Below, piece by piece: positions 9,564 to 20,694 of a stretch of DNA of 64,000 bases (position 1 is the first letter of the stretch; the number at the start of each line of letters is the position of its first letter). The translations under genes were made by a program, and so were the position numbers. The DNA comes from an uncultured Ignavibacteria bacterium. GTDB taxonomy: Bacteria; Bacteroidota; Ignavibacteria; Kapaibacteriales; Kapaibacteriaceae. Where the stretch lies: contig CAJAIA010000028.1 in the NCBI GenBank assembly GCA_903939735.1, forward strand, positions 48,978-112,977, read 5' to 3'. A model generated the notes under the pieces. That model searched no databases, was not told where the DNA came from, and worked only from the letters and a program-made list of their open reading frames with translations.

Positions 9564-10725
9564 TCGTCGACCCATGGTTGTGCGGTGGCTGCTGGCGCTC
9601 TGCACGATAACCATCACAATAGGGATGCAACAACCGCCTACGTCGATCACCATGATTCGAGCGGCGGTTTCACCCGACAGCACCGTGCTTCGCATCCGAG
9701 CTGCTTCGACGCTTACCGGCTTTCAACGTCCGGAACGCGTACCAGGAGGATTTGTACTCCGACTACCTGGCGCTACACTCGAGAACGATGCAATCGACTC
9801 GTCTGCCTCGGCAGCTCCGCTGCGCGTGGATGCCAAGCGTATACGTGATATCCTCGTCCTCACGGTGCGTTGTGCTCCAACAGACTCAGTTGTGCTCCGG
9901 CGCGATGGTCAACGCGACCTGCTATGCGTGATCCAGCCGAAGAAGACCGAGAAGGCAGAAAAGATCGAAGAGCCAGAGGATGTCATACCGCGTCACCACA
10001 CAGGCAGTCGTGGAAAGTGGTCGCTCGACGTGATCGTTATTGATGCTGGCCACGGCGGCAAGGATGTTGGCGCAGAGGGTGTGAATGGTGCGTTCGAGAA
10101 GGACGTTACGCTCGCGATTGCGAAACTCGTTCGCGCACGGCTTGCAGAGATCATGCCATCGACGAAGGTGGTAATGACGCGCGACAACGATGTCTTTATC
10201 GAACTTTTCCGCCGCACTCAGATCGCGAATGATGCCGGCGGCAAGCTCTTTCTGAGCATTCACTGCAACAGCATGCCCACGAAGCCACATCCAGCGCATG
10301 GCTGCGAAACCTACATTCTACGTCCAGGTCGTAACGACGATGCCGCACGTGTTGCATCACGAGAGAACGCCTCAGTGAAGTTCGAGCAGTCCCAGCGCAG
10401 ATACGAGGGCATGACGGAAGATCAGATCATCGTTGCCACCATGGCTCAGCGCAGTTTTGTGCGATTGAGCGAGTCGTTTGCCGCGTCAATTCAACGCGAA
10501 GTCGTCGATGACACGCCATTAGAAGACCGCGGCGTGAGCCAAGCAGGCTTCTTTGTGCTCGTGGGCGCTGCGATGCCCAATGTGCTCATCGAGACAGGTT
10601 TTCTTTCAAACCGCAGCGACGCCGAGTATCTTGCTTCGCAAAAGGGGCAAGCAGCAATTGCTGGGTCGATCGCATCTGCCATTCGCTCCTACGCTGCTTC
10701 CTATCAACGATCCTTATCACACTGA
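9556..10725 (+). CDS. N-acetylmuramoyl-L-alanine amidase (Amidase_3, AmiC-like)
   Basis: VIVIDAGHGGKDVGAEG zinc-binding motif; N-terminal signal/TM segment; Amidase_3 core. Confidence 0.85.
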   Translation: MTSRRPMVVRWLLALCTITITIGMQQPPTSITMIRAAVSPDSTVLRIRAASTLTGFQRPERVPGGFVLRLPGATLENDAIDSSASAAPLRVDAKRIRDILVLTVRCAPTDSVVLRRDGQRDLLCVIQPKKTEKAEKIEEPEDVIPRHHTGSRGKWSLDVIVIDAGHGGKDVGAEGVNGAFEKDVTLAIAKLVRARLAEIMPSTKVVMTRDNDVFIELFRRTQIANDAGGKLFLSIHCNSMPTKPHPAHGCETYILRPGRNDDAARVASRENASVKFEQSQRRYEGMTEDQIIVATMAQRSFVRLSESFAASIQREVVDDTPLEDRGVSQAGFFVLVGAAMPNVLIETGFLSNRSDAEYLASQKGQAAIAGSIASAIRSYAASYQRSLSH

Positions 10726-10755
10726 CATACGTCAGCATACGTCACCGCTACCCCT

Positions 10756-12597
10756 GTGCGCCAACCGCATCACTATACCGTCCGTGAACTCGCTGGGAAA
10801 ATGCTTCCTTTCGTTCGTCCGTTTTGGAAACTCATTGTGTTTTCAACGCTCGCGAACCTTCTGTTCTCGGCCGCTAACGCCCTGACGCTCGCCATTGTGG
10901 AGCCCGTGTTTCGCACGCTGTTTGGCTCTGCCGGTCCAGCCTCTGTTGCATCCCCTGCAGCGGGAGTGACCTCTGGTTTGAAAGCGCAGTTCGACGAGAT
11001 CGTTGCCTCGCTTCTGATCGCGTCAGACTACTCGACATCGATTCGCAACATCAGCCTTGTGATCTTCACGCTCTTTCTTGTACGCGGACTGATGAAGTAC
11101 CTCGGAAACGTCATCTCCATCCGCCTCGAAGAAGGCATCATGAAGCGTATTCGCGATACGCTCTTCTTGCATGTCACGCGACACTCGATCGACTTCTTTA
11201 CGCGACGTAAGACTGGCGACATCATCTCGTTGCTGACAAACGACGTTGGCGTCCTGAACCACGCGACGATCAACTCCGTAACCACGCTCTGGCGTGAAGC
11301 TTCGACACTGATCATCTACATCGTGTTGTTGATGGTCATTAGCGCAAAGCTTACCGTCATCTCGGTTGGAGTTTCACTCATTGGCTTATTCCTTATCCGA
11401 TCGGTAACATCAGTACTCCGACGCTACGGTTCACGCATGCAAGCAGCCCAAGCCGACTATACGTCGACACTGCAGGAATCAGTACTTGGCATTCGTGTGA
11501 TCAAAGGTATGGGAGTTGAACCGAGCGTTGTCGAGCGCTTCATGCAGCAAACTGCATCGTACGTTCGGCGTGCCGTTCGCAATACACGAGTCATGAGTCT
11601 GATCCCTGTATTCAACGATACATTCGGGATCCTTGCGCTCGTGACAGTGTTTTACATCGGTGGTATGGAGCGTGCATCTGGCGCAATCACTCCGTCAAAT
11701 CTTGTGACATTCCTCTTCCTGCTCTTTGGACTGATGCAGCCGATCAGTGTAATCGTGAATACGATTGCACAGATGCAACGGGGCATCGCTGCGGGCGCTA
11801 ACGTTGCAGCTGTGCTCGATGAAGCACCATCAATCACGTCGGGAACAATCCTCGCTACAGATAAGCAGCCGTCACTGGCAATCGAGGGCGTATCGTTCTC
11901 GTATGGCGAGAATGAAGTCCTGCGCGATATCTCGCTTACGATTCAGCGCGGAGAGACCGTCGCGTTCGTGGGGGCATCAGGTAGTGGTAAATCGACGATG
12001 CTGGATCTGCTTCTGCGGTTCTACGATCCACAGTCTGGCACAATTCGCCTTGACAGCACAGACATCCGCGACCTCGACTTGGCGTCGTATCGCCACATCT
12101 TTGGCGTTGTTTCACAGGAGACAATGCTGTTCAACGATACGATTGCAAACAACATCAGCCTAGGTGATACACAGGCAGATGGCATTCGCGTTCGTGCCGC
12201 TGCTACGATTGCGCACGCTGATGGATTTATCTCGTCGATGCCAGATGGATACGACACCATGATTGGCGACCGCGGCATGCGCCTGAGCGGTGGTCAGCGT
12301 CAGCGGATTGCGATTGCCCGTGCATTGTATCGGGAACCTCGCATCCTATTGTTCGACGAAGCCACATCTGCGCTTGATACCGAGTCGGAGCGTTTAGTGC
12401 AAGAGGCTATCGACGACGTACTGAAGAATCGCACCGCAATCATTGTAGCGCACCGCCTGTCGACGATCGTTAATGCGCATCGAATCGTTGTGTTCGATCA
12501 GGGACGCATTGCGGAAATCGGCACGCATACTGAACTGCTTGCTGCCAATGGCGTCTATGCGAAGCTCCATGCGCTGCAGTTCAGCCCAACAGCTTAG
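10756..12597 (+). CDS. ABC transporter permease/ATP-binding protein (MsbA-like lipid exporter family)
   Basis: Six-TM N-terminal domain plus NBD with Walker A GASGSGKST, signature LSGGQRQR and Walker B ILLFDEATSALD. Confidence 0.9.
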   Translation: MRQPHHYTVRELAGKMLPFVRPFWKLIVFSTLANLLFSAANALTLAIVEPVFRTLFGSAGPASVASPAAGVTSGLKAQFDEIVASLLIASDYSTSIRNISLVIFTLFLVRGLMKYLGNVISIRLEEGIMKRIRDTLFLHVTRHSIDFFTRRKTGDIISLLTNDVGVLNHATINSVTTLWREASTLIIYIVLLMVISAKLTVISVGVSLIGLFLIRSVTSVLRRYGSRMQAAQADYTSTLQESVLGIRVIKGMGVEPSVVERFMQQTASYVRRAVRNTRVMSLIPVFNDTFGILALVTVFYIGGMERASGAITPSNLVTFLFLLFGLMQPISVIVNTIAQMQRGIAAGANVAAVLDEAPSITSGTILATDKQPSLAIEGVSFSYGENEVLRDISLTIQRGETVAFVGASGSGKSTMLDLLLRFYDPQSGTIRLDSTDIRDLDLASYRHIFGVVSQETMLFNDTIANNISLGDTQADGIRVRAAATIAHADGFISSMPDGYDTMIGDRGMRLSGGQRQRIAIARALYREPRILLFDEATSALDTESERLVQEAIDDVLKNRTAIIVAHRLSTIVNAHRIVVFDQGRIAEIGTHTELLAANGVYAKLHALQFSPTA

Positions 12598-14291
12598 CGG
12601 ATCTTGAACAACGTGTAGTGATCTGATGTGAACGCCACATTGTGCGTTGTTTGCAGCGATTGCTCCACATCTGCCGTTACACGCTGATGTCCGCGCGGAT
12701 GATAGTACACAACCCAGGGCAACAGACGAGCGATAGCAAGCGTGGCTTTGTCGCTCTCATTCGCTGGAAGTGCAATCGCCATATGGGTAAGGCCAGGCCT
12801 GGTGCCCGACATCCATCCCTTTGTGTACCACTCAAGTTGTGCGTTCACGGCATCGGTCTCGGATGTGTTGTGAAACACGTAGGCGAAGGACCGATGAAAG
12901 AGCGTGTCGTCCAGCATCAGACGCGATACGCTACGTCCACCCATAATGCTCTGAGGTCCAGGACGCACAACGCGCACCAATGCAACAACCGACGCGAGTG
13001 CAACCGCTCCATATACGATAGGCTGATACAATCGTACCGTCATCGACTGACGAGCTGTACGCGAACGGAACTGCTGTAGTAGCAGGACAACGGCAACCAT
13101 ACTGATGGCAACTCCGAGCATGATTGTCTGCAGACTCATCGCTTCGCGCAGCAGATGCTCAATTGTGAACCACACGGCTGCAAGGACGACACACACGAAG
13201 GTTACCACTAGTGACGTAGCGCGTGTCTGACGACGAATATGCTCAAGAGCAATCATGGAGAGAATGCTAGCCGGAGGCACCAGAACAACCGCCTGCGCAA
13301 GGAAACGATCCTGCGATATCGCCATGCTCAGCATGCCAACCGCGAACAGCAGCCCAAGGATGGTCACCTCTGGATGCTCTGCCGACATCAACAGTGTGCG
13401 ATCGCGAAGCGCTGCAACTACCCAGATAAGTGCGACAACAAGGAGCGGACTTGATACGATGAGAAAATGGAGCGGACTCAACACGCCACCAGATGTAACC
13501 GCAAGAGTAGGCGTCGGCAAACTCAACGCGAACAACACCTGCTCGCCATATCTGGACGCCATAACGATCCACCATGGAAGTCCGGCAAGCAATCCCCCAC
13601 CTATACCTAACGCGACTGCCAAACGCTGAGAGGACGATCGGATAAACACAACGCATGCGATGCAGACCACAAGCGTTGCAATGGGCGCGCTCAGCACGCC
13701 CGCAGCTACAGCGATAGCCAGCACTCCAACACGGAGCACACGGCCAGCCGCTGAAACTGCATCACCAAGTGTAACGGACGACCAAATAATCGCTAGCGCA
13801 GCCATAACCAAGGGCACAAGAGCATCCGCTTGACGTCCAACGACGATGTACGGAATGCTTGTTCCTACAATCACCATAGCCATGACCGAACTTTCGAACG
13901 TAACGGCACGGCGCGCAAGCGCGTACGTAAGCAGCAGCGTCACCATCACACAAAGCACCGAGAACCAGCGCACCGCAAGCGGCGTCGGCCCCACAACGTC
14001 GATTCCAACGGCTACCATCCACGCAGGGAGGGGCGGCATCATCGCGGAGTACATTCCACCCGGTGCGATTGCAGCTTGATCAAGCCACTGCATCGTCTGT
14101 TGAATGCTCAAACCGCGCAGAGCATACAGACCTTCCGGGTATGGCTGAATCTCAACATTTGTCAGGCGCATCACAAACAAACCGCCAAGGACAAGCAGCG
14201 TGGCTAGAACTGTGTGATGGCGTGCGGTCATGGTACGATGTAGATTGCTCGTGGAGAAAGACACAGCACCAGGATCACGATGGAGACCCAT
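12594..14291 (-). CDS. polytopic membrane protein, ArnT/PMT (GT39/GT83)-like glycosyltransferase (putative)
   Basis: 565 aa with more than 10 predicted TM helices and large loops, architecture typical of the PMT_2 family; no catalytic motif confirmed. Confidence 0.45.
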   Translation of the reverse strand: MGLHRDPGAVSFSTSNLHRTMTARHHTVLATLLVLGGLFVMRLTNVEIQPYPEGLYALRGLSIQQTMQWLDQAAIAPGGMYSAMMPPLPAWMVAVGIDVVGPTPLAVRWFSVLCVMVTLLLTYALARRAVTFESSVMAMVIVGTSIPYIVVGRQADALVPLVMAALAIIWSSVTLGDAVSAAGRVLRVGVLAIAVAAGVLSAPIATLVVCIACVVFIRSSSQRLAVALGIGGGLLAGLPWWIVMASRYGEQVLFALSLPTPTLAVTSGGVLSPLHFLIVSSPLLVVALIWVVAALRDRTLLMSAEHPEVTILGLLFAVGMLSMAISQDRFLAQAVVLVPPASILSMIALEHIRRQTRATSLVVTFVCVVLAAVWFTIEHLLREAMSLQTIMLGVAISMVAVVLLLQQFRSRTARQSMTVRLYQPIVYGAVALASVVALVRVVRPGPQSIMGGRSVSRLMLDDTLFHRSFAYVFHNTSETDAVNAQLEWYTKGWMSGTRPGLTHMAIALPANESDKATLAIARLLPWVVYYHPRGHQRVTADVEQSLQTTHNVAFTSDHYTLFKIR

Positions 14292-15283
14292 CCGACCACC
14301 GTGCGCCCCCTATCAAGTGGTTGAGGGTCTGTTAACTCTGGATGGTCGGTCTTTATGAAGACACGAACCATAATCAGCCAAAACACCCAGACTTCACCCA
14401 GCTCGAAGAGCAGCGGAGCTCGATTGATGGCTTCGGAAAGGAACGGATCGATGCGCATCTGAAGCCAAATCACCCACGCATCAGGTGATGGCTCGAGAAG
14501 GAGTTGATGGATGATATTCAACATCCACAAGATGGCGAAGACAAACAACGTCCACCACAGCAGTCGAGCCACACGCCATTGCCGACGACCAATGAGGGCA
14601 TACAACACATGTCCGCCGTCAAGCTGTCCGAAGGGGAGCATGTTCAGCGCTGTTACGAAGAGACCGAACCAGCCAGCACATAGGAATGGGTAGTGGTAGA
14701 TCTCGTTCATTGGTGGAAGCCACAGGCTCGAACCGATTGCCGCGCGACCGATCATGAAGAGAAGATTATCGCCAAATGTCATGCCCGATGTCGGCACCAC
14801 ACCCGTGCGTTGAAACTCCGGATGTATGGCGTAGAGCGACTCAACACCAGGCAGTGTGATTACGCCTACGACGAGGATCACCAGACACACGGCAAAGCCA
14901 GCCAATGGACCAGCCACACCGATATCGAAGAGAACCTTGCGCGAAGTGATGCGCGAACGCGTTTTGATGAGTGCACCAAATGTGCCGAATGGCATCAAGC
15001 TCGACGGCACAGGAATAAAGAACGGCAGCGTTGCGTCCACGCCGTGAATACGTGCGGCGATGTAATGTCCGAACTCGTGCGCTGAGAGAAACGTCATCAG
15101 CAGGATTGCATACGTAAGGCCAGCCGACCAGTGCTCAATCTGGAACGGATCGAGCATTGCCCATTGCGCACCTGCCATCATACAGGTAAGGAATGTTGCG
15201 GCAAAGAGCACAATGTGCAACACAATGCGCTGTTGAGGCCGAGGGGCAGTTTCGGTGACACCCTCGATGCGAGTATATCCCAC
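14228..15283 (-). CDS. site-2 protease family (peptidase M50) membrane metalloprotease
   Basis: HEFGHYIAARIHGV (HExxH) in a TM helix; multi-TM; 351 aa. Confidence 0.8.
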   Translation of the reverse strand: MGYTRIEGVTETAPRPQQRIVLHIVLFAATFLTCMMAGAQWAMLDPFQIEHWSAGLTYAILLMTFLSAHEFGHYIAARIHGVDATLPFFIPVPSSLMPFGTFGALIKTRSRITSRKVLFDIGVAGPLAGFAVCLVILVVGVITLPGVESLYAIHPEFQRTGVVPTSGMTFGDNLLFMIGRAAIGSSLWLPPMNEIYHYPFLCAGWFGLFVTALNMLPFGQLDGGHVLYALIGRRQWRVARLLWWTLFVFAILWMLNIIHQLLLEPSPDAWVIWLQMRIDPFLSEAINRAPLLFELGEVWVFWLIMVRVFIKTDHPELTDPQPLDRGRTVVGWVSIVILVLCLSPRAIYIVP

Positions 15284-15285
15284 CG

Positions 15286-16824
15286 TTACTCCTCAGTGAC
15301 GTGATCCGACGCTGGCGCTGTGCGCTCCGGGCGCATTTGCGGGAAGAACAGCACATCCCGAATTGAATCATTGTCGGTCAACAGCATCACCAGACGATCA
15401 ATGCCAACGCCGAGTCCAGCCGTTGGCGGCAAGCCAACTTCGATCGCATGCAGGAAGTCGTCATCAACGACCATTGCTTCATCGTCTCCTGCAGCTCGAA
15501 TCGTTGCCTGATCTTCAAGACGAGCACGCTGATCGAGTGGATCATTCAACTCGCTGAAGGCATTTGCGATTTCCTTGCCCATGACGAACAGTTCGAATCG
15601 TTCGACGAGGCCTTCCTCTGTGCGGTGCTTCTTTGCAAGGGGCGACATTTCAACGGGATAGTCCATCACGAAGGTCGGCTGCACCAAGTGTGGCTGCACA
15701 AGCACGCTGAAGATCTCATCAAGAATCTTCATTGCACTTGCTGCTGGATCGACATCCACCTCGAGCGAACGCGCCGCAGCGAGCAATCCTGCACGATCCA
15801 GGCCACGCAGATTCATTCCCGTGTGCTGATCAAACAAATCGTACATCGCAGCGCGTCGGAACGGCAATGCATACGACAGCTCCGTACCCTGATACGAGAC
15901 AACGTCGGAACTACATGTTTCGGTCACGATCGCATTGACAAGCTGCTCTGTCATCTCCATCATCCATTCGTAGTCCTTGTAGGCTACGTAGATCTCCATT
16001 GCGGTGTACTCCGGATTGTGGGTCTTATCCATACCCTCGTTCCGGAAATTCTTCGAGATCTCATACACACCTTCGAAGCCCCCTACAATCAGACGCTTCA
16101 GGTACAATTCATCTGCAATACGCAGATAGAGCTCAACATCGAGTGCGTTGTGATGCGTAACGAAGGGGCGCGCAGTTGCACCACCATAGATGGGCTGTAG
16201 GATGGGCGTTTCGACTTCGAGCCATCCGCGTTCATCGAAGAAGCGGCGCATAGTGGTGATGATCTTTGCACGCTTGACGAACGTCGCCTTGATATCTGGA
16301 TTCGCTATCAGGTCGAGATAGCGCTTGCGATAGCGTTGCTCCTTGTCGGCAATTGCATCGTATCGCGTGACAGTTCCATCCTCGGCTACTTCTTCCTTCC
16401 CAACCGGAATTGGTGTGACACTCTTGGTGAGCATCGTTACCGTACGAGCGTGCACACTGATCTCGCCCATTCGCGTCCGAAACACGAATCCTTCGATACC
16501 GAGGATGTCGCCGATATCATACAGACGCAGATGATCGTAGGCATCGCCGAGATCATCACGCTTGAGATAGATCTGGATGCGACCCGTCATGTCCTGAATG
16601 TGACAGAACGAGGCCTTCCCCATTTTCCGAATCGCCATGATCCGACCCGCAACGCGCACAGATGCGAGCGCATCTGGTTGTTCGTCGGAAAACGTCGCAA
16701 GAATCTCCGATGCGTGATGCGTCAGGTCGAACGATGGAGGGAATGGATTCACGCCAAGCGCGCGAAGCTCGTGGAGCTTCTCAATGCGCTGGAGTTCTTG
16801 GTCGTTGCGTTGCACGTGCGACAT
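15286..16824 (-). CDS. lysS: lysine--tRNA ligase (class II)
   Basis: 512 aa; OB-fold N-domain and class II core; [27 protein letters not shown] is the motif-3 region. Confidence 0.95.
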   Translation of the reverse strand: MSHVQRNDQELQRIEKLHELRALGVNPFPPSFDLTHHASEILATFSDEQPDALASVRVAGRIMAIRKMGKASFCHIQDMTGRIQIYLKRDDLGDAYDHLRLYDIGDILGIEGFVFRTRMGEISVHARTVTMLTKSVTPIPVGKEEVAEDGTVTRYDAIADKEQRYRKRYLDLIANPDIKATFVKRAKIITTMRRFFDERGWLEVETPILQPIYGGATARPFVTHHNALDVELYLRIADELYLKRLIVGGFEGVYEISKNFRNEGMDKTHNPEYTAMEIYVAYKDYEWMMEMTEQLVNAIVTETCSSDVVSYQGTELSYALPFRRAAMYDLFDQHTGMNLRGLDRAGLLAAARSLEVDVDPAASAMKILDEIFSVLVQPHLVQPTFVMDYPVEMSPLAKKHRTEEGLVERFELFVMGKEIANAFSELNDPLDQRARLEDQATIRAAGDDEAMVVDDDFLHAIEVGLPPTAGLGVGIDRLVMLLTDNDSIRDVLFFPQMRPERTAPASDHVTEE

Positions 16825-16932
16825 ACGATCGGATCAACAATTGGGTAAAAACAGGCACAAAGATAGCCACCCCAGCGCCATAGCATGCTGGCTGTGTTTG
16901 AGATTACGAGTTTTCCTGCATCTTCGTCCACG

Positions 16933-18165
16933 ATGGATCAACACACCCCAGCAGATGAACGGCCTGAGAGTCTCCGCGACCTGATCATTCGACGTGCGCT
17001 CGAAGCGTTCGTCCATGGAGGGTATTCGCGGACATCAACAGACACGATCTCTCGAATGCTGGGGATCTCGAAGAAAACGCTCTACAAGGTCTTTCCATCG
17101 AAAGAAGACATTCTTCGCAGCGTTGTTCGCCTCGCTACGCGTTCAATCGAAGAGCGCACAGAAGCGGTGTACAACGATCACACGCGATCAGTTGCCGATC
17201 GTCTAGCGGCACTGGTAGTGCAGATCTCACCGATCTATGCACGCATTCGATCACCGCAGTTGTTGCTCGATTTTCAGCGAGCTGCGCCGTCTGTGTGGAA
17301 CGAGCTGCGCGAATGGCGCATCGGACGCTACGTAGCACTGCGCGGCTTGATCGCGGAGGGAGTTCAGCGTGGTGAGATCCGAGACGACATTGCGATTGAC
17401 GACGTCATCAACGTCTACGCTGTTTTAGTCGACAAGTGCATGGACTACGCGACACTCGAAGAGTCGTCGATTTCATCACTGCAGCTCTATCGTGGCTTAA
17501 TGGAGCTTCTCCTGCACGGCCTGTTCGAAGGCGATCAATCTCTACCGTTGCCAACGGAACCAGCTCCTCTCGATCGCACCACGACACTCCAACATGCGCT
17601 CGACAGATTCAATCAATTCGGATACACAAAGACAAGTGCCGACGACATTGCGCGGACGTGTGGAATCTCGAAACGCACACTCTATGAGCAATACGCAAAG
17701 AAGTCTCACATCGCTACGACGATTCTCTTGGATACTGCGCGAGATATCGATCGTCGATGCGACGTGCTGGCGTTTGACACAGCAGCGACGTATCACGCCA
17801 ACGTGCACGTGCTGATCACGACCTATGCTTGCCTTCTGGGCAACCTTTCACCAACGTTCCTAGATGATCTCGAGATTGCTCTTCCACGCCAGCATGCTGC
17901 GTTTATGTCGTGGCGACGAGGGTCGTTCGAGTACCACCTTTCGAGGGCAATCACAGCTGGAAAAATGTTGGGTCTGATCGCAGAGGCGCGAGAGACTCCA
18001 GTGCTCATCGCACTTGTGCGCATCACACTTGAGAACATCCTGCTCATCAACTCTACGACAACGACGCCGGACACCGCACGAAGCGATCCGTCATTTGTCA
18101 TGACGATGCTGTACGACGGGATTTTGCAGCAAAGAGAACAATCCCAGCCGCGACCGACGCGTTAA
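16933..18165 (+). CDS. TetR/AcrR-family transcriptional regulator with tandem duplicated TetR modules
   Basis: Two TetR_N HTH motifs (SRTSTDTISRMLGISKKTLYKVFPSKEDIL and TKTSADDIARTCGISKRTLYEQYAKKSHI) in one ~410 aa chain; start taken at the internal Met of the 16885 ORF. Confidence 0.75.
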   Translation: MDQHTPADERPESLRDLIIRRALEAFVHGGYSRTSTDTISRMLGISKKTLYKVFPSKEDILRSVVRLATRSIEERTEAVYNDHTRSVADRLAALVVQISPIYARIRSPQLLLDFQRAAPSVWNELREWRIGRYVALRGLIAEGVQRGEIRDDIAIDDVINVYAVLVDKCMDYATLEESSISSLQLYRGLMELLLHGLFEGDQSLPLPTEPAPLDRTTTLQHALDRFNQFGYTKTSADDIARTCGISKRTLYEQYAKKSHIATTILLDTARDIDRRCDVLAFDTAATYHANVHVLITTYACLLGNLSPTFLDDLEIALPRQHAAFMSWRRGSFEYHLSRAITAGKMLGLIAEARETPVLIALVRITLENILLINSTTTTPDTARSDPSFVMTMLYDGILQQREQSQPRPTR

Positions 18166-18877
18166 GCGACTGTACATGACCGGCCATTGGGATTTCAACA
18201 AGGACGTCGCAGACAGCCTGGACGCTCGGATGCAGGCCTTCGCCTTCGTTTCCGATGACAATCACCAACGGGCCTCCATACACATCATCTGTGTAGAGCG
18301 CCGACGCTGGGACGGCAGTTCCAACGATTCGCCAACCCTGGGATTTACAGACCTTCAGTGCCTCCGAGACTCGCGGCACCTTTGCAATCGGAAGATGCTC
18401 GAGCGCTCCTGCCGATGCTTTCACAGCAACGGGAGTAACGGGCGCGCTATACTTCGTGGGCAGAATCAAGCCGGCGGCTCCGACGCCTTCGGCACTACGC
18501 GCAATCGCACCGAGATTATGCGGATCGGTAATGCCATCAAGTACAACCAGAATTGGCTCGGCACAACTGGCCTTGGCCTGTGCAAGCAGCACTTCCAATG
18601 ACAGCGCTTCGCGCACTGGTCTGATTGCAATTACACCCTGCGCATCGTTAATCGCACATCCGAGCTGACGCTCAAGGATGTTGAACTTGCGGCGGTCCAT
18701 GGTACTGCACTGAACACCAAGACTACGCGCTGCAACACGCAACTGCGACAACGCGCTGCTCTCTTCAACTGTGTAGGCAACGAATATCTTTTCGAGCGGC
18801 GTTCCGCTCTCGAGCGCTTCGGCTACTGCACGACGACCAACAACATACCGTTCTGGTTCGATCTCCGAAATGCTCAC
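18098..18877 (-). CDS. rlmB: 23S rRNA (guanosine-2'-O-)-methyltransferase RlmB (SpoU/TrmH family)
   Basis: SpoU_sub_bind N-domain plus SPOUT motifs (LVVLDGITDPHNLGAIARSAEGVGA; IPMAGHVQSLNASVAAGI). Confidence 0.85.
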   Translation of the reverse strand: MSISEIEPERYVVGRRAVAEALESGTPLEKIFVAYTVEESSALSQLRVAARSLGVQCSTMDRRKFNILERQLGCAINDAQGVIAIRPVREALSLEVLLAQAKASCAEPILVVLDGITDPHNLGAIARSAEGVGAAGLILPTKYSAPVTPVAVKASAGALEHLPIAKVPRVSEALKVCKSQGWRIVGTAVPASALYTDDVYGGPLVIVIGNEGEGLHPSVQAVCDVLVEIPMAGHVQSLNASVAAGIVLFAAKSRRTASS

Positions 18878-20166
18878 GAAAACTCCTGAAGAATAGCATT
18901 AAGTGCTTCACCCACCCGAACAACGTCGGCAAACCGCACATAGAGTGGCGCGGGTGAAATTCGTATAACGTCTGGTGTACGCCAATCGACAATGATACCA
19001 CGAGCGATAAGGGCCTCGAACACCGCTCGCCCATCATGCTCAAACTGTACGCTTAGCTGCGCACCCCGTTGCGATGGGTCTGCCGGCGTAATGACCTTTG
19101 CCCATGGGTGTGCCTCAAACACATCCATGAGGATCTCATGCAGTAGCCCGGTTAGGGCGTTACGCTTATCGCACAGCGCAGGAAACCCTGCCGCGTCGAA
19201 CAGTTCAAGCGATGCGCGCAGACCCACCATGTTCATGACAGGAGCATTTGACAGCTGCCATCCATCAACGCCGTAGGACGGCGTAAAGTCATGCTGCATC
19301 AGGAATCGGGTAGACTCTTCATTCCCCCACCATCCCGCAAAGCGCGGTAGGTCAGGCCGCTCGGCATACTTCTCGTGCACAAACATCCCCCCAACGGCAC
19401 CCGGACCCGAATTGAGGTATTTGTAGGAGCACCACACAGCAAAGTCGATACCCCAGTCGTGCAGCTTAAGCTCAACATTCCCAATTGCGTGCGCGAGATC
19501 GAGTCCGATATGAGCACCTACAGACGTTGCGCATGATGCAATGGTCTGCATCTCGAAGCGCTGTCCAGTGTAGAAATGCACACCGCTCAGCATCACGAGC
19601 GCAACCGAATCACCGTGTTCGGCAATGGCTGCACAGATCTGTTCAGTTGTGAGCGTCGACTGACCAGGAAGCGGCTGAACCTCGATCAGTGTGTCGGCAG
19701 GTTCAAAACCATGAACCCGGATCTGGCTCTCCACAGCGTATCGGTCGGACGGAAACTCATGTCCTGCAATGATGATCTTCGAGCGAACCGACGTTGGACG
19801 GTAAAACGAGACCATTGCCAGGTGAAGATTCACCGTAAGGGAGTTCATCGCAACAACTTCATGGGGCTTGGCGCCAACGAGGCGTGCTAGCGGCTCAGCG
19901 AACCACCGATGGTACGAATACCACGGATTACGAGCCTTGAAATGTCCGTCGACGGCGAGTCCACGCCAATCCTTCAGTTCCTGCTCGAAATACTCCTGCG
20001 TGCGTGCTGGTTGCAACCCAAGCGAGTTCCCGCACATATACACCACATCAGCGCCGTCGTGTTGCGGTAACGAAAACTGCTGTCGGAAGGTTGATAGCGT
20101 GTCAGCCGCATCAAGCTCAGTCGCGCGCTGATTCCATCGAGCTGAATTAGGGTGTTGCGTCTTCAT
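18874..20166 (-). CDS. kynU: kynureninase
   Basis: 430 aa PLP enzyme; N-terminus ...YMCGNSLGLQP...; typical kynureninase length and motifs; 4-nt overlap with rlmB. Confidence 0.88.
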   Translation of the reverse strand: MKTQHPNSARWNQRATELDAADTLSTFRQQFSLPQHDGADVVYMCGNSLGLQPARTQEYFEQELKDWRGLAVDGHFKARNPWYSYHRWFAEPLARLVGAKPHEVVAMNSLTVNLHLAMVSFYRPTSVRSKIIIAGHEFPSDRYAVESQIRVHGFEPADTLIEVQPLPGQSTLTTEQICAAIAEHGDSVALVMLSGVHFYTGQRFEMQTIASCATSVGAHIGLDLAHAIGNVELKLHDWGIDFAVWCSYKYLNSGPGAVGGMFVHEKYAERPDLPRFAGWWGNEESTRFLMQHDFTPSYGVDGWQLSNAPVMNMVGLRASLELFDAAGFPALCDKRNALTGLLHEILMDVFEAHPWAKVITPADPSQRGAQLSVQFEHDGRAVFEALIARGIIVDWRTPDVIRISPAPLYVRFADVVRVGEALNAILQEFS

Positions 20167-20205
20167 CGTGCTAATTTGCGCTTTCTTTTTACAACGGAGG
20201 TCGTC

Positions 20206-20676
20206 ATGCAGCGAACATCAGGATGGATCATCGTCATTGGAATGGCGTGGAGCCTCGTCCTCAGTAGCTGCAGTGTATTCAACTACATGGATCGGAAACG
20301 TACCATGTCGATGCCATGCACAGGCGACACTACCGCGTGGATGAATGCCGTAGCCGGAATCTTTGATCAGAATGGCTACTCGGTAGTTGAGCGTGATCCA
20401 GCTGAGCGTGTGATTGTGGCGCAAGACTCGATCAACCAGGTTGAGTATCGCTACACGCTCCTCGTGCGCACATGGCGCGTCCAGCATACCGGCGACTCTG
20501 TCCACGTCGACGTCTTCTCTGTATCGACTCGCATGGACGGAAGCGACGTCACACAGACTTGGGACAAACGTTGGTCTGGCGAGCAGGTTAAGTCATGGAT
20601 GCGGCCAATCCTCACGTCCCTCGAAACGACATGCGGCGTTGGAAGTCCGCTCATGCCGGGCGGCGGAGGCAAGTAA
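20206..20676 (+). CDS. hypothetical lipoprotein
   Basis: Internal Met with lipoprotein signal MQRTSGWIIVIGMAWSLVLSSC (lipobox LSSC). Confidence 0.5.
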   Translation: MQRTSGWIIVIGMAWSLVLSSCSVFNYMDRKRTMSMPCTGDTTAWMNAVAGIFDQNGYSVVERDPAERVIVAQDSINQVEYRYTLLVRTWRVQHTGDSVHVDVFSVSTRMDGSDVTQTWDKRWSGEQVKSWMRPILTSLETTCGVGSPLMPGGGGK

Positions 20677-20694
20677 CGTCAACGCGGGCGTATG

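Noticed and set aside
10727-10746. Tandem direct repeat CATACGTCAG/CATACGTCAC and a TGAC-N4-GTCA half-palindrome between the amidase and the ABC exporter
   Set aside because: Only two 9-10-bp units. Too short to call a regulatory element without comparative data.
15448-16200. 250-aa plus-strand ORF
   Set aside because: Antisense inside lysS, which is an unambiguous class II LysRS.
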